A stretch of DNA of 64,000 bases from Spongospora subterranea f. sp. subterranea (lineage: Eukaryota), in assembly GCA_049724395.1 (NCBI GenBank), contig JAUGWO010000102.1:372001-436000 (forward strand), written 5' to 3'. The notes below the pieces were generated by a model, which was not told the origin of the DNA, did no database searches, and saw only the letters and a list, made by a program, of their open reading frames with translations. This document shows positions 14,605-24,661 of this stretch, in pieces. The first letter of the stretch is position 1, and each line of letters opens with the position of its first letter. The position numbers and the translations under genes are program-made.

Positions 14605-16041
14605 ATGCTTAGGCAATTATCACAGCGTCGTAGTTTTAGCCAATCTTTGGGGATTGTTGGCCTTCCAAATACAGGTATTGTGTCAATGGTTTGCGCTTGA
14701 AGAGCCTGAGGTCAATCTGTGTTCCCTGCTAGGAAAAAGTACCCTATTCAATGCACTCACCAGAACACAGATGGCGTTTTGCGCTAATTACCCATTCGCC
14801 ACAATTGAACCGTGCTCTGCCAAAGTCCCGGGTACTGTCTCGCTCTTTCTGAGCATTAATTTCCCGTTGAGTTCTCTTTTTCTAGTTCCAGAGCCAATGC
14901 TGACACAATTCGCAACTCTGGCAAAATCGGAAGCCGTTATTGAGTCGCAGATTGAGTTTGTCGACATTGCTGGACTCGTTAAAGGTACAATCTAACAATT
15001 TTTGGATTGGTTTGAGAGCTCACAAATTCATCAGTACGCAACAGGTGCCCATAAGGGAGAAGGACTTGGCAATCAGTTCCTATCCACTATTCGTGAATGC
15101 AGTGCTATCGTAAATGTTGTTCGTTGCTTCGATGATGACGACATTATCCATGTTGATCAAGATGGTATCAATCCTATCCGCGATCTGCAAACGATCCGCA
15201 ACGAGCTGACCCTGTCCGACCTTGCTGTCGTCGAAAGGCGAATGCAGACCAACTTGAAGAAGGTATATAAAATCTGAGTAATGCATCCAAATTTCAACCT
15301 GTGATTTCCAGCGACGTGGAAGCGATGTTGCAGCAGAGAAAATGGATACTGTGCTCAAAAGGTGTGCTAATCTCCTTGAAAACAATTGCGACGTGACACG
15401 TAGTTCGTTCATGGAAAATAACGATCTCTCCGAGCAGAACCTTTGGGAAACTGCAAAGTCCCTGAATTTGCTGTCTTCTAAACCGGTTATTTATGTATGC
15501 AATGTTGATGAAAACGGAGCCCTTGATGGCAACGCTCACAGCCGAGCGGTGCGTGACTACATGTCAACATCGTCATCACCTGCTCAGTGCTTCCCCGTTT
15601 GCATCAAGCTGGAAGAAGAAGCAGCGGGTTTCTCGACGGTTGAAGCGCAAGATGAATATCTCGAGCTTGCTGGGCTGGAATCCACAAGTTTGCGCAAAAT
15701 CATTTCTGCTTCGTACTCGTTGTTATCGCTTCATACGTTCTACACCATTGGCAGAAGAGAGGCGCGCTCATGGGCTATTCCCATCGGTTGTACGGTACGA
15801 GATCTGTCAATTCTGGTCTATGTTTTACCATTGACTGGTCGACTGGGCAATGCTGTAGGCGAAGAAGGCAGCTGGTTGCATACATTCCGATTTTGAAGAT
15901 CGCTTTATTCGGGCTGAAATCATTTCCGCTAATGATTTCCCTGAGTACGGGAGCTTCCCCGCCGCCAGGAAAGCTGGAAAGGCTAGACAAGAAGGCAAAG
16001 ACTACATCGTCCAATCTGGAGATGTCATCCTTTTCTCTTGA
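14605..16041 (+). CDS. ychF: YchF/OLA1 Obg-family ATPase, probably mitochondrial (multi-exon)
   Basis: [89 protein letters not shown]. Confidence 0.93.
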
Positions 16042-16469
16042 TTATATCTCGTTAATATATAAAGAAACGTTCGTCAACGAGGATTGTTCGTAACAAGCCC
16101 GTAGACAACGTAATCTGTTCACCACATTTCCGTGATATCAATTCAAATCGATTGGAATTGCACATTGTTGGCAAAGAAGCTTCGAAACAAATTTTGCGCT
16201 GGAACCTGTGCGCTAATAATCACAGTTTCAAGTTTCAAGTATAAATGCCGAGCCGCACTTGTCCTGATCCAATCCGGTCCGAGTCTGATCGGTTACAAAC
16301 ACAGTCGGTGCAACCTACACTGTCAGGTCTATTATCGACCTGTCATATAATCGACTGGGTTTTCGGACTTATCTGACGGACTGCGCAGCAGACTAAAAGT
16401 CCGGTGGGGCTCACCATTCCAGGTCACTGGCAGCATTGGTCAGCTCATTTGTCAAGTAACTAGGCAGTC

Positions 16470-18201
16470 ATGGGGTCGTCTTTGTGGCCGGTTGAACGAT
16501 ATGAGAACAAGAAGGTTATTCCTATGATCATGATGAGTTTCTTAATCTGCTTCAACTACACGTTGTTGCGTGATCTAAAGGACGTCTTGGTGAGCATATG
16601 TAACGTTGATCATTTGGCCATGCGTTTGTCGTTGACACAGCGGGCTTGCTTCAGGTCTTGGGTGAAATGCCCACTGCTGTTGTTCCTTGGCTGAAGTTCG
16701 GTTTGGTGCTGCCTTCTTCAGTTGTTGTCATGCTTATCTACACCAAGATGTCTCTTCGCATGTCCAAGGAGGCCATCTTCTATACCTTCATGTCTTCCTT
16801 CCTCGCTTTCTTCGCTTTGTACGGTCTTGTCCTGAACCCGCTCAGACACTACATCGAGCCAGGTGCCAGCTGGACTCAGAAGTACACCCCTGTTACTGCC
16901 GATGAGATCAATCGTGCGCTTCTCAACAACAAGCGCATTGTTGGAAACATGTACAGTTCTTTCCCCAAGCCGTTGGTCCCGTTGATGTACATGACCGCCC
17001 ATTGGTCCACCACCCTTCTCTACGTCATGTCCGAGCTCTGGGGAACCGTCTGTATCTCCCTGTTGTTCTGGGGATACGCCAACGATATCTGCGTCACTTC
17101 TGAAGCCAAGCGCTTTTACACGCTGTTCAACATCGGGGCCAACTTCTCGCTCATTTTCTGTGGTTCAACTTTGATCTACCTCGGGTGGGCCATGGACAAG
17201 GATGTGGCCAACACTCCCTCTGCCGCAGGCAACGACAAGACCATCTCCATTCTCATGGCTTTGGTTGTTCTTTTCGGATTGATCACCATGGGAATCTACC
17301 GATACATGCAGACCCGTGTCCTCACCGACCCTCGCCTTCGTCCGGCTGAAAGCAGCGGACCCAAAAAAGCTAAGGTCAAGATGAGCTTTGTTGACAGTCT
17401 GAAGACCGTCTTCTTCAACAGCTATGTTCTGCTTATCGGTGTCATGGTAATGTTTTATCTCCATCTTGTTGGTTGATGCGTTGACGGCTTTCCCAGGTTA
17501 TTGTCTATGGTCTCGCTATCAACTTTGTCGAAATCTACTACAAAGATTGCTGGAGCCGCCTCTTCACTGCCAAGAGCCACAAATACATGTTCCAGGGCCT
17601 TTTCTCAATTGTCAACGGAACCATTGCCCTGTTTCTCCTAATCTGTATCGGAGGCAAAGCTATTCGCACCATTGGCTGGACCAAGACTGCTTTGATCACC
17701 CCCATTACCATCATCAGCACTGGTCTTCCCTTCATGATTCTGTACGTCGTCGACAAGTACTCAACGGCATTCCCTCTTGCCATTCTGGTCTGGTTGGGTT
17801 TCATCACTGTTGCTCTGTCCAAGGCTGTCAAATACTCGTTCTTTGACCCCACCGTAAGCACTGCTACTTTTAATATGGGCTTTTCTCACCTGATTCTCAT
17901 GACTTTTCAGAAAGAGATGTCGTTCATTCCTCTTGGCGAAGCCCGTGGCCGTGCTAAGGGTGCCGTCGATGTTGTTGGAGCTCGTTTCGGAAAGTCGGCG
18001 TCCAGTGTTCTCCAGATTTTCCTTCAAACCGCCTTCACCACCTTCCAGGTTTCGGCATACGTTGAAGTCCTTGTCGTTCTGTTGGTCGTCGCTGTTGGTG
18101 TCTGGACTCTTGGTACCGTCAATCTGGGCAAGAAGTATACCGCCTTGACCACCGAGAAGACGGGCGACCTCGAGCTCAACGCCACTGTCACTAAAGCCTA
18201 A
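16470..18201 (+). CDS. NTT: NTT/TLC-family nucleotide transporter (ATP/ADP translocase type), 519 aa, 4 exons
   Basis: Exons 16470-16589, 16655-17446, 17497-17853, 17911-18201. Motifs FNYTLLRDLKD, LKFGLVLP, YVMSELWG, FWGYANDI, EAKRFY, INFVEI, KAVKYSFFDPTKEMSFIPL, KGAVDVVGARFGKS. Confidence 0.95.
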
Positions 18202-18717
18202 AAGATGTTGAATTAATCCAATAAACCCATCAGAATATGATCCGTATTTTTACAACTGTGAATTGAAGCGATAGCCAAGCTTCCCTTCCTGACTATGGTA
18301 TCTTCGATCGTCGTCCACGCCTTGACTTTGATTTACTTCCTTGATGGCGATTTAACTGCTACACCACAAAGATAATCGTTTGCACATCGAACCAAACAAT
18401 CAATAGAAAGCAGCTTTGATCTATGACCGTGCTGCAAAGGCTTACACGCTTGGTCCTTCCTGCAGATAAAGCATGATGATGCATGCCATCGGGACGGTCA
18501 AACATTTCAGATCCGAACAGCCATTACATCTCTTTATGGAGCGTGCTTGATATAGGTACAAAGCCGCCTCTAATCTTAACTCCTCGCTCCTACCGATATG
18601 CATCAGCGTACCTCACCTTCACCCACCCGCAACTCATCGGTTGAGTGACATTGGTTTCCGTCCATTGTAGTGAAGTCGTTCGATGTGTCAGTATCTTCGA
18701 CCATTTGATGATCAATA

Positions 18718-18912
18718 ACGCCCTCAGACGATCACCGGGGTTACCATTCATTCGTGCATCACTACAGCATAAAAACGGTTGCACCATCGCCCATTGGTGG
18801 GGTTCCACCAATTGCTGCCGACGGTCGCAAGCAATTGGGAATGGACGATGGTGCAACCGTTCCTATACTGTATGGATGGATGCACGGTAACCCGATAATC
18901 GTCTGAGGGCGT
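18718..18912. mobile_element. MITE-like element (195 bp) that is almost entirely self-complementary
   Basis: Perfect 15-bp terminal inverted repeat ACGCCCTCAGACGAT / ATCGTCTGAGGGCGT; further paired blocks inside; flanked by gatcaata / gatcaatg (7 of 8 matching, TSD-like). Confidence 0.7.
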
Positions 18913-19300
18913 GATCAATGCTGACAGTTTTGAAACTGTTTGTAAATTTTTAACTGGTCGGCGAAAGGGCGCGAAGAAGGACGCCCGCCAGGAGCCGCAG
19001 TCTCGCCTCGCGGAACACGGAACGCCCAAGAGCAGTTCATTTCCCCCTGTACTAGTTCCAATAGTCGGGGTTTGGCGTTTTCGCAGCTTAGACGTTGGAA
19101 TTTGGCCTTTTCCCATGCAACGCAGGGACGAATATCCTCAGTTTTGTTGTTGACACCCAAGTCCCAAACTGCCCGGCTGAAACAAAAACCGACAAAACGT
19201 TGCGGACGCAGTTACATAAAGTGCGCCGTTGCGCAATATTACTTTTTGCGTCACACTTCATTAAACAACTTTCGTTGACTCGATTTTACCACTCGTACGA

Positions 19301-20040
19301 ATGGTTAGGACGAAGAATAGCACAGTCAATTGTCGAAAGCTGTTGCTGCTTCCAAGCGCGCTGCTATGATGAGGCGACTAGCCAAAATATTGAACCCGAT
19401 TCCGAGTTCTGCGATGCGGAAGAGTCGGTAATCTATTGTTTCAGAGAGTGTAATTGCTTCAGAGAGTGTAATTGTTTGAGAGAGTGCAATAATAATCCTC
19501 GAAAATTCAAGTAAAAGATGCAACTTCCGGAATGGAGTTCTTTGATATCTTGCAAAGAAGATGCCGACTCTCAACTGCGATCGTCGTATTCCAAAGACAG
19601 TGGCGACGACGGCAAGTAATGGAACGGCGTTATTAAGTGGTCAAAGAATGTGTAAAGATTACAAAGTATCTCTCACCTGATGAGCTACTTTGTATCACGT
19701 CAGAGCTGAAGATTTGCAACATTTTTGAAAAATTGAAAACATTAACCGAACTGCGTCCGAACCGCAACCTGGAATATCGCCACAAAGACGTGACGCCGTG
19801 GGATTTTGTTCGACTGATGTCGATCAAGCAATATTTAGGGGACTTGATGACGGAAAAACCTAAAATGATGTAATCGCAACGGATTGCATCCCAGTTTTTC
19901 CCCTACCGCAACGTTGTTCACACAGACCGCCTGATCCGACAATCTGCACTCTGTTTTGTTGACAAGGGAGAGTTGTTTGTTCTAAATCAAGGCAATTTCG
20001 TGAAAGTCAAATCGTTGTTTAACGACGAAGATGTTCAGCG
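19301..20040 (+). pseudogene. Decayed 5' half of a DDE-transposase-like gene, inverted paralog of 20046-21054
   Basis: atggttaggacgaagaatagcacagtcaattgtcgaaagc aligns with the minus strand from 21054; shared RPNRNLEYRHKDVT.WDFVRL; frameshifts and stops. Confidence 0.7.
19437..19490. repeat. 18-bp tandem repeat, 3 copies
   Basis: tg(t/c)tt(c/g)agagagtg(t/c)aat three times inside the transposase relic. Confidence 0.85.
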
Positions 20041-20045
20041 AATAA

Positions 20046-21054
20046 TCAGGCAGTTTCTTGGAGCCTCTGGCTTTTGAAGTCTGGTTGCTTTTTTTTCAAC
20101 AGGTTTTGGCTTTCTTGGACTAAAAGTCCCGAAATCCACAAACCTCTCTCCGATAGAACACGCTTGAGGCCCTTCGAGAGTCCATTCTCAGTCGTCATGG
20201 TCTGTTCGATGCGCTCTCCGTTGCTGTCGATGTACCATCCAGATCGCATGATTTTGGCATTTCGCCCTCCGTCCCTCATATTCATCTTGCTTACAGTAGC
20301 AATTGCATGATGATTTTGAGAATTGTCAAACATGAAGATTTCATCACAACCAGGATGCAGAAACCGGAATACGATTCAACGTTGACGACGTTACCTTTAG
20401 GACGCATCTCCCTCTTTTGCGTCAATGATCTGATCCAAAACGAATTTGAAAACAGGCAACTCTTTCTTGTCAACAAGATAGAGTGCAGATTGTCGGATCA
20501 GACGGCCTGTGTGAACAACGTTGCGGTCGGGAAAACCTGGGATGCAATCCGTTGCGATGACATTATTTTGATTTTGTTTTCGTCATCAAGTTCCCTAGAT
20601 ATTGCTTGATCGACAACAGTCGAACAAAATCCCACCGCGTCACGTCTTTGTGGCGATATTCCAGGTTGCGGTTCGGACGCAGTTCAGTGAATACATTGCA
20701 GAACGGGGCGTGGCTCATCAGATGAGGAATATTTTGTAATCTTTACACAATCTTTGACCACTTCATGTTCCTTTTCTTGCCGTCGTCGCCATTGTGTCGT
20801 CCAACTGTCTTACAATATGACGATCGCAGATGAGAGCCGGCACATTCTTTCCAATATATCAATGAACTCCATTCCGGAAGTTGCATCTTTTCACTTGAAT
20901 TTTCAAGGATTATGATTTCATCTTCCGACTCTTCAGCAGCGCAGACCTGGGATTTGGGTTCAATGCTTTGGCTAGTTCGCCTCATCAGTGCAGCAAGCTT
21001 GGAAGCAGCAGCGAGCTTTCGACAATTTACTGTGTTATTCTTTGGCCTAGCCAT
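20046..21054 (-). mobile_element. Internally deleted, decayed DDE transposase (IS630/Tc1-related family)
   Basis: MARPKNN... N-terminus plus FMFDNSQNHHA...KMNMRDGGRNAKIMRSGWY...QTM...KGLKRVLSERGLW, resembling the FDN...MN..PGG.Q..MR.GW...PKGLK.VL.ERGL block of eukaryotic DDE transposases. Family assignment is from memory. Confidence 0.65.
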
Positions 21055-21138
21055 TCGTAAAGTTTCAGTCGACGAAAAGACCCCGCCAACATTCGACGAT
21101 GGAAAAGATCAATTTCCCAAAGCGTAAATAGCGCAGCC

Positions 21139-22873
21139 ATGATGCATCGCACCAATTCGCGGCGAGAGGACGAAGAGATGTTCTCCCATCTTTCGACGTT
21201 TTTTTACATTCGCAGAGAGCGAGAACAAAGTGTAAGCATAAAAATGCTTGTTAGGGAAGCACGAAGGAAATTCCCTGCAATCCTGAATTCGTCAAACAAT
21301 GCTGCTCGGCAACGAATTTATCGCTGGCTTCGCTCTAAAAGAAGCGCCACTCGTCGTGTAACCCACGTTGGATTCCGTTATCAACGAATTTGTGCTAAGT
21401 ACAAATGAGATGATTCACGCAGGTCAATATTTGTCTGATGTCGTTATCAACATCGATGAGACAAATTTTGACTTTGACGATTCCCGAAGCACAACACCTG
21501 AGCGTGTGGGGTCTCGAACTGTGAGCGTTCGTGGCACAAAATCCTGCAAGAGAGCCTCGGTTTTGTTGGCAGTGACCCTTTCAGGCGAAAAACTTCCTCC
21601 TTTTATAATTTTCGAAGGGAAGCGCGGCGCAAGGATCCATAGAGAGGTGACTGCATTGGCAGTATCAAACGGGTATCCGAATTCTGTTGTTATGTCTGTG
21701 CAAGAGAACGCATGGAATGATGGAGTTTTGATGATCGAATGGGTAAGGCGTGTGTTGAATGTCTGGATTCAGGCGCGAGGACGTCAGCGGTCGCTCCTGA
21801 TCATGGACGATTTCAGAGGGCATTGGGTTGAGCCAGTCTCCGGACTACTACCGTAGTTTACACCTAAATAGCCTCTTCAGCTAAATAGTCTCCCCCGTGA
21901 CATTTCCTTCACATTGCTGAATCACTGGTCCACACAATGCATAGTCGTGTGGAGATCGTTGGTCTTCGCGAAAGCGGTAATGAGCGCTCGTGTGCTTTAC
22001 ACGATCGTTGCGGCGAGTAAACTTTAGTCGGTAGCTTAGTTCGGTTCAGATACGCCGTAATCGATGGTTCTCTTATTGTTCAATAAGATTAGCCGTTGGC
22101 GAATTGAGTTTTTTTCACAGGCAATTCAGGCCTGGAAGAGGCAATTGCTTGTGTTCTTGTCAAAGACGGCCGAGAATCTTGTAGGATTGGATTTCTTCCT
22201 GCCTCTTACCTTGCCAGCAAGGACGAATTCCTGGAAAATTTCGCTCAAGTGCTTGAGCTTTATTACAATATTGACGATTCTTTCAAGCGTGTAAAGGACA
22301 TTGAACTTTCTGGTGTGGCCGAGTGCATGCTTTTGAATGCAATACCGTCGTGGGAGTAATGTGTAGGTATTTATAAAACTGTCGCCATGACAGGTGCTTC
22401 ATTTTTGATCTGGCAACACGCAAAGCAATGTCATTTCTTGTTGGATTGGGATTCGGCCTGTAGTTTCATCGAAACTATTAATCATCCAGTCATCGATCTC
22501 GTCCATGGTATAATCGTGGAAGGGCTTGTTGATGCCAACATCAAGCGTCTGCAGTTTTGCTGTGTAACCTTTAGGAATACATGTTGTGTCAATATTATAT
22601 TCTTTTACAGCAAAACTGCAGACGCTTGATGTTGGCATCAACAAGCCCTTCCACGATTATACCATGGACGAGATCGATGACTGGATGATTAATAGTTTCG
22701 ATGAAACTACAGGCCGAATCCCGAATCCAACAAGAAATGGCATTGCTTTGCGTGTTGACAGATCGTGGAAAAGAATTTCGCAAGCGACGATCACGAATAC
22801 CTGGCGTCACATCGGTATTCGTTCGGTACATAATCCGATCATTGCAATCTGTGACAGAAACTCCAGAAAATGA
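21139..22873 (+). mobile_element. pogo/Tc2-type DDE_1 transposase, frameshifted and split by an inversion
   Basis: CENP-B-like HTH region, then INIDET, VLLAVTLSGEKLPPFIIFEGK, QENAWND, LLIMDDFRGH; C-terminal part TAKLQTLDVGINKPF...ITNTW at 22608-22873. Confidence 0.88.
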
Positions 22874-23404
22874 AGCACCTGTCATGGCGACAGTTTTATA
22901 AATACCTACACATTACTCCCACGACGGTATTGCATTCAAAAGCATGCACTCGGCCACACCAGAAAGTTCAATGTCCTTTACACGCTTGAAAGAATCGTCA
23001 ATATTATAATAAAGCTCAAGCACTTGAGCGAAATTTTCCAGGAATTCGTCCTTGCTGGCAAGGTAAGAGGCAGGATGAAATCCAATCCTACAAGATTCTC
23101 GGCCGTCTTTGCCAAGAACACAAGCAATTGCCTCTTCCAGGCCTGAATTGCCTGTGAAAAAAACTCAATTCGCCAACGGCTAATCTTATTGAACAATAAG
23201 AGAACCATCGATTACGGCGTATCTGAACCGAACTAAGCTACCGACTAAAGTTTGCTCGCCGCAACGATCGTGTAAAGCACACGAGCGCTCATTACCGCTT
23301 TCGCGAAGACCAACGATCTCCACACGACTATGCATTGTGTGGACCAGTGATTCAGCAATGTGAAGGAAATGTCACGGGGGAGACTATTTAGGTGTAAACT
23401 ACGG
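21851..23404. repeat. 1.55-kb foldback (inverted duplication of the pogo 3' end), TA-flanked
   Basis: TA|CCGTAGTTTACACCTAAATAG...CTATTTAGGTGTAAACTACGG|TA. Arms 21851-22563 and 22608-23404; 44-nt loop; about 100 bp (22765-22866) missing from the left arm. Confidence 0.95.
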
Positions 23405-23838
23405 TACTGTACTTCATCGAACGATAATGAGGTTCATATATCTCATACTGCCAAGCTTAACATTTCTTGGGTTTTATCAATGGAAGAGATGGCATCTCAC
23501 GAATTCCAGTTTTTAATGTGCATTCAGTTTCTGATCAATAGCTCGTCAAAGTGATTTCAGCAGCTCCTGAGGATCAGGCTGAATGCTCTGAAATTAATGA
23601 ACAGCACTTTGAGGTCGCAACCTGTCTCAACCGAAGCCTATATCAACGCTCTAAAACGTATCTTGAAATTTTTGGTTCACGAGCCTCAAGAAAATACAAT
23701 TGGCATTCGTCAAGTTTTACGATTTTGTTCCGTCTTAGCAAGGAGCAGTCGTCACATTCAAGATCTACACAGAGCAACATTCGCTTGTTTTTCAAGAAAA
23801 AACTGTTTGTTGGTTCAAATCAGAAAATCCGATACAAT

Positions 23839-23976
23839 TTCCCCAGCAGCAGCAGCAGCCTCAAGAGGCCGAGTCGTCCCAGGCCGAGGCCCAACAAGGC
23901 GATGCCTGTGGGATGGCATCGCCTTGTTGTGCCTAGGCCTGGGACGACTCGACTTCTTGAGGCTGCTGCTGGGGAA
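23839..23976. repeat. 138-bp near-perfect GC-rich hairpin
   Basis: ttccccagcagc...caacaaggcgatgcc, loop tgtgggat, ggcatcgccttgttg...gctgctgctggggaa; a few mismatches and two extra CAG units on the left. Confidence 0.93.
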
Positions 23977-24661
23977 GTCGAACTAAAACACCTTTAAAAC
24001 AGAGTCAAAATTAAACCGGCCATTCTTACTCAGTTGCTTCAAATAATGCAAAAGCGAATCAACCTGATCTCGCATTCGCAAGCCAACAGTTCTGCCAAGC
24101 GTACATCCGTATAAATGGGTAATCAGAATTTCTTCTCTGTGACGATTCTGACCTTATACCGCTCGCTTTCGCGGAGCTCTCTGCCTAGATCATTAAACAA
24201 TTTGAAAGGGGAATGAAAAGGATAGTAAACAACCGGTCCCTTTCGCCCTGCTTAAGGTCTTGCAACCGGGTCATCTCGCGCAGCAACCGGTCGGCTTGCG
24301 AATCGTTTCTGGGCTGATTCCTGTCAAAAATGTAGCAGTTGTCACAGCCACACAATCCGACTCCATCGTCTGCAGATACCTGTCGGAGCTTAAATCAACA
24401 CCGGCCTGATATATGTCCATAATGCAGTTCAAACCGGCGCAAAAGCCGAATCCAGCAACTGCATAAATAACGATCAGTAACGATGTGATGATACCAAACA
24501 TAATGAAAATATTAACGTCACGCAATAGCAATGGCCGATACAATTGATGCAACCAAAGATCGATAATCTATGTCGTGAACTTATCAATAATTCTACAGAT
24601 TCAACAACAACGAACTAACGATAGCCGCTCGATATCCGAATGAATGAAATCATGACAGCAA

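Noticed and set aside
16470..18201. NTT as bacterial contamination
   Set aside because: Three canonical spliceosomal introns, and contiguity with intron-rich eukaryotic genes.
22064..23208. Twin 76-aa ORFs (22064-22294 + and 22978-23208 -)
   Set aside because: Mirror images in the foldback arms, within transposon 3' non-coding sequence; no protein motif.
23551..23997. ORFs of 148 and 129 aa spanning the small hairpin
   Set aside because: Kept open by the GC-rich palindrome; no family motifs.
24271..24552. Small ORF with a hydrophobic N-terminus and cysteines (secreted effector?)
   Set aside because: Short, inside the repeat island, with no homology or splice evidence; cannot be supported.
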